Origin: Coniocarpon cinnabarinum
Taxonomy: Eukaryota
Length of the DNA stretch: 64,000 nucleotides
Direction of reading: 5' to 3'
NCBI GenBank assembly: GCA_051942205.1
Contig: JAVECO010000135.1
Coordinates: 1 to 64,000, forward strand
Positions 49,983-64,000 of the stretch are shown here, piece after piece (the first letter of the stretch is position 1; every line of letters begins with the position of its first letter). A program made the position numbers and the translations under genes. The notes under the pieces were generated by a model that saw only the letters and a program-made list of their open reading frames with translations, was not told where the DNA came from and ran no database searches.

Positions 49983-51098
49983 ATGGCTCAGGTGCAAGGT
50001 CGAACAACCCGCTCTCGTTCTAAAGACGTAGATCCAAATCGCACAAGCGCTATGAAGAAGGCACAACAACCGCGCCGAGGAAGAAGCGCCAGCGTTGAAC
50101 AGAACGGACAGGAACTTGTACAGCAGGCAGCGCAGCAATTCGACCCGGCGGCTCTTCCAACCGTTGCAGAAGACGATGAAGCTTTGTTTACGTCGCTCCA
50201 CAACGCTGCTCAACAGGGCGATGTGGACTCTCAACCGGTCCCTTTTGATCACACCTCGGCTGAAACTGTCAGACAATTTAAGAACCTCAAATCACAGAAA
50301 ATGCCCCAAAATCGGCAACAAGTGCCCGCTGCAAGTGCACCAACTGCTGTCATGACAAACGACCAAGCCCAGCACCTTGCCCAAGTGGTCGTTCTCGATC
50401 CACGATTAAATCCAAATCCGTCCATAATGGACAGGCAGCCGGATGCTTCTCGTGTAACCTTTGCCGACTCCCAGCCATCCCAATTGGAAGCACTTGCTGA
50501 GGAGCAAAACATTCATGAAGCTCCAACCCAAGACGATGGCTTTCAAGAACCTGAGATCGATGCTGCCCCTGTCAAAACTAAGAAAAAGCCTAGCCGTAAA
50601 ACACGAGCCGTTGATCCCCCGTCGGAGGAGTATCAACCGTCCGAGCCGCTGGGCACCCCTCCACCCACCAATTACTCAGAGGTGCAGCAACAAGCAAAGC
50701 TGTTTACCGCCGGTCTCCGCCGCGAAAACAGGGTTCCTCAAAAACGCAAGGCATGGTCCAGTGAAGAATGTGATGCCTTGATCGATGGCATCGGTCATTA
50801 TGGCACTGCTTACGCTTCTTTGAAAGGCGACGACGCGAAACATCGTGACTTTTTGCATGACCGCTCCGCCGAAGATTTGAGACACAAGGCGAGGAACATG
50901 AAATTCGACTACCTGAAAGCTGGCGTGACGCTTCCTGAGGGCTTCGAGCAGGTCCTTCTTGACAAGAAATTCCAAGAGAAGCTGGCGGCAATGGGACGCG
51001 AGTACAGTCAGGAGCAGAGGCGACAGTCGAAACGTCCGAAGGTGGTGATTGCCGCCAGTCCAGAGAATGGTGAGCCGAACGACATGAGTCAGCAGTGA
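49983..51098 (+). CDS. Myb/SANT (TRF-like) domain protein
   Basis: RKAWSSEECDALIDGIGHYG..RSAEDLRHKARNMK near the C-terminus, after a disordered N-terminus. Confidence 0.75.
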   Translation: MAQVQGRTTRSRSKDVDPNRTSAMKKAQQPRRGRSASVEQNGQELVQQAAQQFDPAALPTVAEDDEALFTSLHNAAQQGDVDSQPVPFDHTSAETVRQFKNLKSQKMPQNRQQVPAASAPTAVMTNDQAQHLAQVVVLDPRLNPNPSIMDRQPDASRVTFADSQPSQLEALAEEQNIHEAPTQDDGFQEPEIDAAPVKTKKKPSRKTRAVDPPSEEYQPSEPLGTPPPTNYSEVQQQAKLFTAGLRRENRVPQKRKAWSSEECDALIDGIGHYGTAYASLKGDDAKHRDFLHDRSAEDLRHKARNMKFDYLKAGVTLPEGFEQVLLDKKFQEKLAAMGREYSQEQRRQSKRPKVVIAASPENGEPNDMSQQ

Positions 51099-51877
51099 GG
51101 TCTTTCCTTAGGCTCACGTTCGACGCGTTGTCTTCTGTGCAACGGACTCGAGTGATTTGACGAGCTCTGAGACCGTTCGTATGCGGGTGCTCGTCATCTA
51201 CAGCCTACATTCGCCTACAGTGGACCGCGAGTGGCGGCATTTAGAGGAGGCGTTGTTCTGGGATGCAGAGCGGTCAAATGGGGGCATGACCAACTTTCCA
51301 TCTGTTCACAAAGCCTCTGGAAGTCGATTGCAAGACTCAATGTCTGCTATCGATGTCCAGAGGCGATTTTTTTCACAGTATTTGGGTTAGGGTGTATCCC
51401 TAAAGATGATGCGAAGTTAGGTGACCTTGACCCTAATGCGAGTGGCGAAAAAGAGTGCGCACAACACGACGCGGTATCGTGTATCTCTTTCAAGGCGTAT
51501 GGATATGACTGTTATTCAGAACTACAAGATAGCCTCATTCAGTGGATGTCTCGGTCCATCATGACTTGGTTCTTCACCTGGATTTGTTTGCGTCAACGTC
51601 TATCTTTGTAGATGCTGCCATAAGATTCTCGGCTTGGCCTGAACACCTCCTACCGCTCGACGAACTTTACAAGACGACTTCACCTCTGGTGCTGAGCTAT
51701 CGTTCTTCTTGATTCCCTTTGCGTATGAATTTCAAGCACAGCTTCAATCTGACTCCAAAGATGTCTTGCCTCGTATTTTAAGGCTAAACACTTACACCAG
51801 AACCTGGCTCTAATATCATACCTCACGCGTAGCGAGCTCTTGATTCCCAGTAATCTATGCAAAACAGGACGATACCA

Positions 51878-53333
51878 TCACAGTGCCTCATCCGGCACAG
51901 CAGCTCTTTCAGAGCTCAACCACCGCTTCAATCCTCCAACCTCTTCCGTCTCAAAGCTATTCCTCCTTCCCCAATTCTTCGGCTGTCTCTTCAGAAACGC
52001 GCCCACCGCTCCCAGATACCCCTCATGCCTCAGGAAATACGCCTGCTTCTCTCCATTGCTCCAAAAGTCGATAGCAAAGCTCAGCGTATTCATCGTCTGC
52101 CTGTGACCTCGAATGAAGCTGCCCCCAAAATAGATATTCTCCAAGTTGTGTTTGCAGCTTTGTAAATACGCGATCTGACCGATGTTGTAGGACACGGCGT
52201 ACAGCAGCGAGCGGGACACGTCCTCCGGCCGGAACGACCTGGCAGCGTGTTCGTCGCCGGCTGTGCTCGAATTATCGCCGTTCGCAAGCCAGCCGCCGTC
52301 TTCGGCTTCGCGCTCGGCCTCCTTCTTCATCCTGTAGACTTTGCCGAAGCTGCTCGCGATCATGTCGCTGCGCATGCCCAGCTTGGTGTAGCCGGTACCG
52401 TAGATGTCGCCGACGAGCATGTCGACGGCGGTGTTGTTGCCCTTGGCGGCGAGGGCCAGCATGTCGTCGAAGCTGCGGGCGCCGGTGATGAGGGAGAGGA
52501 GGCCCCAGAGGGTACCGCCGCCGAGGGAGGTGCCGCCGATGCGCTGATAGTCGTGGGGCCCCGAAACTTTGATCATGGACACGCCGGAGCCGATGTTGAC
52601 GAGGAGATAGGGGTATATTTGTGAGGGTAGTCTAGCGGGGAGGAAGGACATGGGGTTCGGATCTATCTCGTTGACGTGGGGTGGTTTGGATGTGTAGGTG
52701 AAGATTTCGGACGGGATTTCGGTGATGAAGAAGTCGAGGCCTGCAGGAACGCTGTTAGCGACGCTGAACACACCGGAGGATCGCATCTTCTCACCCATTA
52801 TCAGGCAGGCCATTTCATCCTCGCGCTTGACTTCAACGCCCAGCGCTTCGCGAATCTTGTCATAGTACTTGAAAGCTCCGCCGCCAGTCGCCATGACGCA
52901 GAGGTCTTTCGGCTTTGTACCATTGAGGCGATGTCGCTGTTGCAGTCTGTGCATCAACTGAATACATTGCTCAAAGTCTTGTGTCTCGACTTTGACAAAG
53001 TTCAAACGCCCTCCCAGCTGTTCATTATCCGGTTCGGGACTGAAGTAGACGAGCTTGGCCAGCGACCCACCAATCTGCCATTGCAAGTCAGCGGCGCAGG
53101 ACCGTTGCGACAACGCGCCTTACATCGACAGCAATATGGCTGACAGCAGCCTTGTGGTTCGGGAGGCGGATGTCTCGATTGTCATGTTTGTACTCTACAC
53201 CGTCGGCAGCTTCAATTATCGGGCTTTCGGAGGGTTCCTGGTCGACAATAAAGGCACCCTGGACATTGATCTTGATGGCGCCGGGATGATTGAGAGCATC
53301 CTGTGGTATCTCATCTTGGTCGTCGGCCGGCAT
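51878..53333 (-). CDS. CAB1: Type II pantothenate kinase
   Basis: AVD|IGGSLAK, ATGGGA, EDEMACL, LVNIGSGVS, GGTSLGGGT, ASSFGK and FLRHEGYLGAVG. Two introns. Confidence 0.95.
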
Positions 53334-54053
53334 GGCCGCGAGCGCACGTGCGATAGCGACTGCAGGTTTGTTGGCATCTTGTCGAGGTTCGGGTATGAGG
53401 AAGAAAGTAGTGGGGCTACGAGAGGGCAGTGTATTGTGATGAGCGTATGACGCTAGTAGGTTTCCCTTGCGTGTTTGCTCCTCATACTGAGCAAAGAAGA
53501 GCTTGAAACGGAGTCAAGAAGCGCAACGGATCAATGTTGTCGAACATTCAATTGTACTACACAATGACACACACGTCCGTTTGCAACTTCTTCCTGCGGC
53601 GACGTTGGTCGCCACTAGAAGAGGTGCATTCTCACACAAGGCACGACTCCATAAACTTCCCGACGTACAGTCAAACGAACGCTCACAATCCGCGGTTGCA
53701 CAACGGTTTGCATCCGTAGATACAGATACAAATATGATACAGAGCAAGTGGCCGGCCCTAGCGTTCAAGGTGTGATGTCAGACGCACTGCGCACTGCAAG
53801 AGACCCCGTCACGTGCCTGTGTGTCCGTGTCCCGCCCGTTTCCGTCTCCGTTTGGTCCGAGGAGGAGTGCCAAGCCTTGGGGCTCAGTCACTCCGTCCAG
53901 CCGCCTCCCCTTCAGACTACTGCTGCCTGGCGGTATACATAGGTAGGCACATCATCCTATCTCGCGTCTCTTTCGTCTTTCTCTTACTTCGCTTCATCTT
54001 CTTCTGACACTAGCACAAAGTCTTCTTAGTACTTCACTACACAAGCCTGCATC

Positions 54054-55190
54054 ATGATAGGCGCTCACGGTGAAGCGGTCCACCACCTGGTCCGTCGCGG
54101 CGTTGATGCCACCGCCCGCTTCCACAACGAGCACGGCGACTTCGAAGCAGTCTACCAGATTCCTACCGGCTCCTTGGTCGTCCTGGGATTGACCGCTGTC
54201 TTGGGTCTCGTTCTCCTCACCTCGGTTCGATACACGCTCTGGGGAGTCGTGGCGACTCTGGCCGAAATCGAAACACCTCAGCATGCATACCTAGTCAAGG
54301 AAGAGAAGCCCGCCAAAGACTCTGAAGTCAGCCCTGAACAAGATGTTGCCGAGGCCGAAGTTGCTCTGGTCAAGCAGAAGCCCATCACGGCTAAGATCAT
54401 CACTACAATCCAGCATATCCACAAGCGTGCCGGCTTTGCCGCTCGCTGGAGAGGACTGTCACTCTTCATCGTGTATGCTCTTGCCCACGGCATGCTTAGC
54501 GGCTTCATCGCCAACCTCTTTGGGGCCTTCCATTACCCTGACATGGGAAGCGTGTTCCTGGTCAAGTCTGTTGGATCCGTCATTGCGACAATCACGCTCG
54601 CCCGATTCTCGACCGCCTGGGTTCACATTGTCATCTCGGAGCCTTCGTCTAAGGCCTGGTTCCGCCGCGTGCCTGGTCTGAAGAGCTGGAAGAATGTGTG
54701 GGCTCCATCCGCAATCGTCGACATCACTACGCGCGTCGCCTTCACTCTTCCTGCCTTGTGCGCGGTTGGCCTTGGCCTCGACCCGAACGGCGTCCAGGGC
54801 CAACACCCGGGCATGGTCATCTTCAAAGCCCTTGTCTGCATCGTTATTGGACTTACGGCCGTTGTGGCATTGGTGATTCCCGCCACTGTCTCGCTTGTAC
54901 GCGTTCAAGCATCTATGCTTCCTGAAGAAGACGAAGCTATTGTCCCGTTCGACCGCACGTTTGGCGGCAAGGTGGTCCCTGAAATCCTCGGCGGCTCTGG
55001 CGCGATCGGTTTTGTCGATGCTTGGAAAACCCTGGATATCCCAGCACGTGTCCGCATCCTGAAGCTCTTTTTCAAGTTTGTCGCGGTCGAGATTGGCCTA
55101 CACGCCTTCGTCTTCACCTTCTTGGTTGCCGAGGCATTTATTCTCATTCGCCCTGAGCATTTCCGTAAGCTGCTGGGTCAGCAAGGGTGA
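54054..55190 (+). CDS. Multi-pass membrane hypothetical protein
   Basis: 378-codon intronless ORF with several TM segments and the motif VRVQASMLPEEDEAIVPFDRTFGGKV. Confidence 0.8.
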   Translation: MIGAHGEAVHHLVRRGVDATARFHNEHGDFEAVYQIPTGSLVVLGLTAVLGLVLLTSVRYTLWGVVATLAEIETPQHAYLVKEEKPAKDSEVSPEQDVAEAEVALVKQKPITAKIITTIQHIHKRAGFAARWRGLSLFIVYALAHGMLSGFIANLFGAFHYPDMGSVFLVKSVGSVIATITLARFSTAWVHIVISEPSSKAWFRRVPGLKSWKNVWAPSAIVDITTRVAFTLPALCAVGLGLDPNGVQGQHPGMVIFKALVCIVIGLTAVVALVIPATVSLVRVQASMLPEEDEAIVPFDRTFGGKVVPEILGGSGAIGFVDAWKTLDIPARVRILKLFFKFVAVEIGLHAFVFTFLVAEAFILIRPEHFRKLLGQQG

Positions 55191-55705
55191 TTCCGACAGG
55201 ATCCAACTCAGCAATTCTTCGACAATCCTGAACGAACCGTGCGTCATTCTGAGCAAGATGGGTTCATCGGATCATGTGGGAGCGGAGGGGTCAGGCGCGA
55301 TTTGGATTTTGCTGTCTTGACTCGAGACTTGATTGCATTGAATAAAAACTGCACTTAAATACATCTCAATTACCTAGAATGAGCACTAGAGACTTGCTTT
55401 TGACGCGCGTTTCAAATTCTGCTTGGTTTCTATGAAAACACTTCGACATTTGAGAGCGGACGTCACGGCATAGATTTAACTATTGTGGCTCTAGAACGCC
55501 AGCACCTCGGCCCAATTGCATCTGCGGCCTTTCCCGCACACCTTGTGAACCTGAAAGTTACCTGCGATTGAGAATGTAGCCTCTGCTTCAATCGCTGTCA
55601 ATCCTCGACTTTTTGATGATGTCTACGGATTGATGAAATTGAGGCAATCCCGCCTAACACTTCATTGCTCGACAGCCTGGTGAATTGTCGCAGCGTCTCC
55701 CCACC

Positions 55706-57355
55706 ATGCCCACTCGTGAAGTTCCCGTGCGGTACCTACTCAGCGCACGCGAGCAACAAGCTCTACAACGGCTTCTCTCGTCTCGACGATCTAGCGCGGC
55801 GCAGCGCTCGTTGAGAGAGTCATCTGATTCCGCAAAGGGAGCCAATCGCAATGCCTTCACAGACTTGGACGAATACCGCGCAGCTTCAATCCGTGTCAGC
55901 TTGCGACTCTTTCTGGCCAGCTACTCTGGATTGAAGATATATGACGTGCTGCTACAGCGCTTCTTCGGCCGCGCGCCAGAGACGTGAGTTTACGGGTTTA
56001 TTAATTTGGCGCCGTTGCTAGATTGATTTGCTAATATATAGGATAGCTCGAAAACACGAAGATTCTTCAAATCCCCAAACTTCCGCCTGTCGCTCTCACT
56101 CTCCGCATTACTGTTTCTCCACCGGACTCTCCATCGCTTCTTCCTCCGTTTGCGAGCTCTGCTTTCGTCGACTGACGAGCGCGCGACTTCTTTTCGGCGG
56201 CGCAATCCCAAGACAACTCAGGCTTTGACGAATCGCCTAACGCCAGCGGTTGGGGCTTCCGCATCGTCTCTAGCGCTTTTCATTGCGCCGGCTGATCAGA
56301 CACGGTTGAGTATTGCCATTTATGCCGCGTCAAGAGCCTTGGAGTTTGGATACAATGCGCTGCCTGACAGCGGCTTCATCAAAAGCAACAAACCCAAATG
56401 GCTTGGCAGTTGGTGTATGATGCCGCTTGCCTGTGCGCAGCTATTGTACAGCTTTGTGTTCGATCGAGAGTGCTTCCCTGCCGCCTATGGAGGATTTATC
56501 TTGCGACGTAGTCCAGAGTATATCCAACAAAGACCTGCTGAGTATCCCGCAGGTCGGGAATGGCCCAGCACGTTCGACATTGCCGATGCGTTGGGTCGAG
56601 TAAGCGAAGCAAAGTGGCCTAAGTTTACGAGCCCAATACTATTCCCAGCAGCGAGCTACGCAAAGAGCAGGGACGCGGCCATCGCCGCTGTGGCTCCAGT
56701 CGTCGATCCCGCGCATCCGGCCATTGGGAATTTGTCATGTGCACTCTTGCACCCCAGCGATCCTAGCTGCGGCCGAACGTTTGTGAAATACTTTCTGTCG
56801 GCGTTTCCTTCAACCGCACGGCTGTTTGCCATGATATACTCTGCATTCGCTTTACTCCGGTACAAAGCCTTTTTCGCAAGCCCTGCCGCATCTCTCGGCA
56901 GGCTTGGAGGTCGAATAGCGAAGACGAGTTTATTCATCACTGCGGCAATAGGTGGAGCGTGGTCTTCAATATGCATGTTACAGCGAATATTGCCTGGACA
57001 TGTCATGCCGACATCGCGCTGGTACGTGTCTGGTTTCGTAGCAGGTCTAGCAGGCTGGATCGAGCGAGGCGGCGATGCTGGAAACTTCCTCTACAGCGCT
57101 CGAATGGCGGTCGACAGTTTGTGGAAGGTGGGCAAGAAGCGCAGGTGGTGGAAAGGACTTGCTGGAGGTGATGTTCTCGTCTTCTGGGCGAGCATGGCTT
57201 TGCTTGGAGGTGTCTACCAACGCAAGCCTGAGGCTGTTGAGGGTCCTCTTATTCGGAAGACGCTGGGTTTATTCAGGGGAGATGGCTGGGTAGATCGTGC
57301 CACTGGCGTGGCGACCAAAGGAAAGGAACGGGAACTTGTGCACAAGGAAGAGTAA
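55706..57355 (+). CDS. TMEM135-like membrane protein
   Basis: Two exons. Contains QLLYSFVFDRECFP, CALLHPSDPSC and SLWKVGKKRRWW. Confidence 0.7.
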
Positions 57356-57825
57356 GTGCTTAGTCTCTACATCATACAGCTTCTGACGAAAAAACCTCCA
57401 ATGCAGTTCGTTGAAGCTGTAACTTCAGTATTAAGTACCCGGACGCTTGTGCAGGCCAAATTTTGCAATACATACTCCTGTAGAATCTGTGATTATACTG
57501 GAGAGACCTCTGCGAGCTCTTTTCGGATGTTTTTTTTAGCATGAAGACGCCGTCACATAGGACGGTCTTTGAACTTGATATCTGCGAGATAGATGAAGTA
57601 CGAGAACACGTGAATATCGCGCAGTCACGTGTTATGTGGCGCGTAAAGTACAAGTCGGTTGCAAAAGTGTGGGCGCAACGCGTCGTCCAGCAATGTAGCG
57701 CGTCGCCCTTTCGGCAGTGGACGTCAAGAACAATCGCCTTACTCAGCGCTGCGACAAGCAGACTCAGTCCTATGGCTCGGTGACTTTAAAGCTCGTGTGG
57801 GAGCTGTTCCGTCTACGCCGCCGTT

Positions 57826-60800
57826 ATGGATATCGAAAGCGACAAGCAGCCTCTCGTCGATCCAGAACTGCGCGCCTTTGTCTTTAACCGTGTTTCTTCT
57901 GTGCGTATCGCGAAAGCCTGTGTCTCATGCCATGACTATGACTAATCGAAAGGGTAGCTTGGTGGCTCCAGTGCGGCGGACGACGGCAGATATGTATTGG
58001 GAGACGATTTACTTCCCTCGCTCAAAGATATCCGCGACTGGTTGCGGCATTTCAACGACAAGCTCAACAGACTCGACGTCGCGCGCTTATTAGCTGAGGC
58101 AAATCTTGTCCAAGGAGATTTATTGGAAATACTAGCAGGATGGCCAGACGCCGCAGCGGAAGACTCCTTCAGATCGAAGGTGGCTTTGCGATGCGTAGAC
58201 CTTTTGATGCAGTTGACCTGGCCGGTCGACCGGAACGAGTCCAGTACCACGCAGAACTTGCTTTTCCACAAGCCTTACGTCCAGACGGCACAAGCTTCGT
58301 ACAAGCAAGCTATTCTACGACACCACGGCAAGATTTTGCGCAAGGCAGGACGAGCTGGACTCCCTGCTATTGCGCAACCACAACGAGAACGAAGCGCGAT
58401 TGACGAGAGCATCATCAATGTTGTGCTATACCTTTTCCGCAATGTCGCAATGATTCGCAAGCCGGATCATGTCAGCGATGAAGAAGACGATTCCGAAATT
58501 TCGAGATCAGCAACTATTGAGGCTTATCACGATCAAGACACATTTGATCTACTTCTGGCGATTGGATCTGGAATCGGCGACGAGTTTCAACATCACGATC
58601 TTGAGCTACTCGATGTGCTGTTTCATCTTGTAAAGGGCATTGGTGTCGACAGACTCTTCATGGACAAGGAACATCTCGTATCTTCAAACACTCGAGAATT
58701 ACAGAGCTTGATTGGAAAAGAGAGGAACATGCACCTTGTTTATAATCGTCATGCACCATCCCGTCACAATCGGTTCGGGACTATGGTCTGGATGAAACGC
58801 GACAACGGCAAAATGTCAACACTGATGGGCCAGACAGCCACTACCAATGACGAAAGTACTCTCCAGGACATCGACAACGCAAAGAAGTGGAAGAAGCCCC
58901 GCAGACCAGTGAAAAGGGCATCGACCGACCCAATTGATGAACTGAATGAGTTCAATGGCAATGTACCACTGACAGGGGTCGGCAGAAAACACCTCCGGAG
59001 CTTTGTCGAACGGTTCCTCGACTCATCCTTCAATCCCCTGTTCCTGGCCGTCCGCAAGAGCATTGAACGTGAAGTTCCGCGACTACAGCAATATCATACA
59101 AGGCAATTTTTCTTCCTGGTTTCTTGGTTCTTGCGCGTAGAATCTGTGCGGAGAAGAAACGGGTCTCAAACTCGTAACCTGGGGAATGATTCCAGGATAT
59201 CTGACAGCGAGAGCTTCAATCTTGTTGCTGGAGTTTTGACGCAGCAAATGTTTGTGTTACTCTGCCGAAAAATGCAAGACGCCCACGATACCAAGAACTG
59301 GCAAGATCTCAACGCCTGCATGAAGTGTTTTACGCAGATCCTGCAAACAGTCCAAGAAATGGCTCAGTCACAACATGAGGAAGACCAGGAAATTGCGGAA
59401 AACATGCTAAGCCGAATATTCTACGAACAGTCTACGCACGATCAGATCATCACGTTGTTAAGGACTTTCAAAGACCAAGGCTTTGGGTATCTCGATTCGC
59501 TCACTGATTTCGCACATGTTTTCATACGCACTCTTGAGCAATACTCAAAACAGAATGTGGACATGCAGGTACGATCAATGAGGAGGTCGAGAAAGAAAAA
59601 GGCTGCAGCAGATTCAAACCAAGGCACAAGTGACAACATGGATAAGGAACTGGAATCAACGGACAAGCAGGAGGCCCAACGGATCTCAACGGATCGCAAA
59701 TTTGATTTCATGTCTTTCTCAGCGAAGATCATCAACCAGCACAGTATCGAGACGTTCGTCAATTTCTTAAAGTACTTCAAGGAACTAGACACGGAGCAGC
59801 TCAAGCGCGCACATCGGTTCTTTTATCGAGCTGCTTTCAAGACTGAACTATGTGTCTACCTTTTCAGAATGGACATAATCTTGCTCTTGCAGCGTCTGGT
59901 CAGGGGACCCGACGGCATGAATCAGGAAGACCCTATGCTCAAGGAATGGGAGGAGCTCGTGCGCCAGATCTTCCGGCGTCTCATAAAGAAGATGCAGCAG
60001 CGATCGTCGCTAGGAGTTGAACTACTCTTTTCCAAGATCCCGTCAACAGTTTATTACCTCGAGCATGGCTATGACAAGGAAGTGCCGAAGGCTACGCCAC
60101 GCCCACCTGCTGATCTGGAAGTCAAGCCTGGCATGAGCATAGAAGACCAGATCGGTGTTGCTGTCTCGGTTCTCATCAATCAGCACAAGGCAGATCATGT
60201 TGCCTGGGTCAAGCAAGTGCTGCATGCGGCTATGGACGAGCGCAAAGCATGGGAGGGCCTGCAAGAAGCGCAAGCCGCCGATCAAGGACGTGCGGTAGAT
60301 GCTCAAGTCAACAACCAAGGCTCGTTGTTTGGCGCTGAAGCATCTCAAGAACAGACTCATGAATCTGCAGAAGCACCTGCAGAAGCTTCGGCAGACTCGG
60401 CAATCAAGGAAGTGTCAGCAGCCTCACCATCTCCAATCCTGGTGCGACCCGATACTCCTCAACGTCGCATGGCTATGCAGAAGGATAAGCATCTGCGCTT
60501 GTTACTAACGCTTCTAGGTTTCGACAAACTTGACATTACCGAGTCTGATATCGATCGTGATGGCTTCCTTACCTCTTGGACTATTCCGCCATCCCAATCA
60601 TCCAACGAGCTGCAACGTTTACTTGAGCTGGTTGGAAAACATGAGTTCTCGCCACCCACTTACGACGATGGTAAGAGCGCGGAGGACTTCTTGCGACGAA
60701 AGCAGAACCCAACGTCTAAGAAAGCAGAAGCCGACCGTGACGAAGATTCAGACTCTGAAGGAGACTCACAAAGTGAAGGCGACGAAGGAGCCCTTTTCCC

Positions 60801-61671
60801 AGCTGGGGGCCCGACTGCACGTAAAGCCGATCACTCTCCCAAACGAAGCCACAAGCGAGCAAGGAAGCAGCGGGAGCCATTGAGTGACGATGCCGCTGAA
60901 GAGGCGAAAGCCGCAAGACGCAGAACCGAAAAGGCAAAAGCAGCGAAGATCAAGAGTAGGCTCATGATCAGTGTTAGCGATGATGAAGAGGACAACGAGC
61001 GCGACCGCTCGTTCTTCGAACGAGAAGCCGAGATGCGCAAACGGCAGGCTCGGGAGGTTCAAAACCAAAGCATGCGCTTGAGGGGGCTTTTGCAGGATGG
61101 ATATGCCGTCGACGAGACTGGTGCGTTGGTGGACCAGGCAGGGAATTCGATCCAGGCGCAAAGTCTTAGCGATATTAGGAGGGGAAAGAAGCGAAGTCTT
61201 GAGGAAACGGCATCCGATGACGACGACGACGACGACGGCGCTGCAGCAGAGGATCTGCCACTACATTCTAGGAAGAAAACAAGGCGAAGTCAGGAGGATG
61301 CTGACGATCTGGCACTGTCTTCTGACTCGGATGCCTTGAATGAGCTGTCGTCGGAAGATTCGCTACCGCCACGATCACGGCGTCGAAGACGCTCCATCCA
61401 GGATCTTGAATCGTTAAGCAACACAGAAGATGAGCGGCCCGAGGAGTTCGACGATCAGACGCCGCCCTCCTCCCAGAGACCATCATCAGGGCACGGAGAG
61501 GATATATCGAGTGGCAAGATAGGCACGCCACGCAGCATGCCTGATGATGCTGATGTCGGCTCAGACAAAGAAAACGCTGGCTCAAAAACATCAGCACGCA
61601 ATAAGACGGACCAAAATGCGAGAGTGCGGCAGAGGGCTGCTTTTGTCATTGACAGCGACAGTGATGAATGA
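57826..61671 (+). CDS. TOF1: Replication fork protection subunit Tof1/Swi1/Timeless
   Basis: Short exon MDIESDKQPLVDPELRAFVFNRVSS, an intron, then YVLGDD..LKDIRDWL, RHNRFGT and FLDSSFNPLF, with an acidic tail. Confidence 0.92.
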
Positions 61672-62264
61672 CATGCTGTTCACGCCACTGAGCGTAGACG
61701 AACAAGCATTCTTTGACGTATTGATAATTTGCCAATTAAGTATCCTTCATGGATGTGCGCGCATCATTGCCCTGTTTCTTCCAGCAAGCTCGAAACGCCT
61801 CCATCTAACAATTATCGATTAGGTGAAGCACTCGTTTTGAACAAAACTTCAACGTACCTCGTCCTTGCATGCTCGCCAGTCTTTCTTCTCGTAGTAGCAA
61901 TCGTTCAATTTGGCATTTTCCACTGTGACGCTGTAAGAAGCAGATTTCGATGGCTGATTAAAAATAGCTTGACGTGCCTGCACATCCTGTGCTGAAAATG
62001 CGTTTATCCCTATGTTCACTGAGCATGCCGCTTCGCACTAAGTCTCAAAGTCTCGCAGTCTCACCAGTCATCTGGCTCGTCATCTTCGTCAACTTGTCTT
62101 GACTGATTCGAAGACTCCTGCACTTGATTTGACTGCTGATCACTCATGACGTCGTTTCTCATTAACGAAAATGAAGCAGCGTGTCTCAACGGTGTCTGAC
62201 TTTCGCCACCGACATCACGTGTATACGTGACACTTTCGCACCGTCAAATAAGTATCACTTGAAA

Positions 62265-64000
62265 ATGGCGGACAAGCGAATCAACATCCTCGTCTACTCT
62301 GGTACGCAAAAACCCGAACGTTCTTCTGAGACGCTTCTTATAAATACAGGAACCGGCGCTTCGCCCTCGGCGATCCAACACGCCGTCCATTCATTAAAGC
62401 AACACCTCTCACCCAACTATGCCGTCCACACGCTCGCCACTGAGGTCCTACTCAACGAACCCTGGGGTCCCACATGCGCCCTTCTTGTATTTCCCGGTGG
62501 TGGGGACCTGGGGTATTGCCGCTTACTCAACGGCAAGGGCAATCAACTCATCCGCCAGTACGTTGAGAACGGCGGGAAGTACCTCGGACTTTGTGCAGGC
62601 GGGTATTATGGCGCTAGTCGATGTGAGTTTGAGACTGGTGATCGAGGTATGGAAGTTGTAGGGAGTCGGGAACTTGGATTTTTTCCGGGGACTTGTCGGG
62701 GGAGTGTGTTTAAGGGTTTTGAGTATGGGAGTGACAAGGGAACGAGAGCGGCGAGACTTAGGGTTCATTGGGATCAGATGAATGGTGCAAGTGCTACTGA
62801 TGTACGGGCGAGGGTCTATACAAATGGTGGTGGTGTCTTTATTGGGGCTGGTAAGACGAAAGACGTCGAAGTCTTGGCTGAGTTTGATGAAGCTGTGGAT
62901 GTTGAGCATGATGAGGAGAAGGCGGCTGCCGTTGTGTATGGCAAAATTGGCGAAGGCGGCTTCATGTTGACAGGGCCACATCCCGAGTTCGCTTAGATCT
63001 GTCCGCTCGTTTGAGACATATGCTAATGGACATCAGGTTTGCCATCGCTAACATCAGTCCCAACGCCAGAAACATGGAACCATCCGTGTATTCCGCTCTT
63101 CAAGACAACGACGCGGCGCGGGACTTGCTCTTCAGAGCATTGCTTTCAAAGCTAGGTCTCGAAGTAACGGAAGCAACACAGCAACCGCCACCATTGGCAC
63201 CTTTGCATCTCGTGAGCCCCGATGCCACTGTTATTGAAGACATCCTCAAGAAGCTTGAAGAAGTGTCATCGACTGTTGACGGTGACGACTACGTCAAAGG
63301 CGAAGCTGATACATTTTTGATCAAACAACCTGAAAGTGCTTGGAGCATGGCACGTCTCACTCGAGCAGCATTGGACGTGCTTTCTTCCACCGCTGAAAAG
63401 ACAATCGGTGGCCATGCCGAAGCCAAGAAAGAGGGCTCGAGCGAGAGCAGCAACGCCAAAGGCCAAGGCATAGCTGGTCATATTTCTCCATCCGACTACA
63501 CGAACATCATCAAAACCATAATCGCTCACCCCCAAATTCCCGAGAAAGAAACAACACCCCATTTCAATCACCGTCTCTACTTCTCCTCCCTCTGTCAATC
63601 CTTCTCAAATACTACATTCGGCACACCCCTCCTGACCACATCCTGCACAACCTCCACATCAACACTCCTTTCCGCAAATCCAACACTGACCTCGCGTCTA
63701 CCAAACGGTACAACCTTTACGGCGTCGACGCAATTGTCAGGTCGCGGAAGGGGTAGTAACGTTTGGGTTTCCCCTCCGGGAGCCCTCATGTTCACGACTG
63801 TCTTTACGCATGATTTACAGATTAATGCCAGAGCGCCGGTCGTGTTTGTGCAGTATCTAGCGGCCATGGCCGTCGTTGACGCCGTCACATCTTACACTTC
63901 CACCAATACCACAGCACCTCAAGAAGGAATACAAGCCTCAGAGGGATACGAGCAGATTCCTGTGCGATTGAAATGGCCAAATGACATTTATGCCCTTGAT
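62265..64000 (+). CDS. BPL1: Biotin-protein ligase with N-terminal BPL_N domain (3'-truncated by the window)
   Basis: INILVYSG, VFPGGGDL, YLGLCAGGYYG and GPHPEF, then GRGRGSNVWVSPPGALMF and LKWPNDIY. Confidence 0.93.

Overview
Gene-dense eukaryotic DNA from a filamentous ascomycete: short GT..AG introns with CTRAC branch sites and a RIP-like AT-rich relic at the left edge. About 29 protein genes can be assembled. Many are housekeeping (UBC6, SAM50, ZRG17-like, RPC31, GDT1, CAB1, TOF1, BPL1). There is also a putative glycan cluster (two PLOD-type glycosyltransferase paralogues, a nucleotide-sugar transporter and UDP-glucose dehydrogenase), a metallo-beta-lactamase, a CapA-like phosphoesterase and a P450. 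The stand-out is a hidden tRNA-Thr(AGU) gene at 13333-13538. It is split by two 59-nt spliceosomal-type introns (GT..CTAAC..AG), one in the D-loop/A-box and one in the acceptor stem, plus a normal 16-nt tRNA intron at 37/38. Removing all three gives a 72-nt cloverleaf with every stem Watson-Crick paired. Gene models and family assignments come from manual reading and motif recognition; no searches were run.
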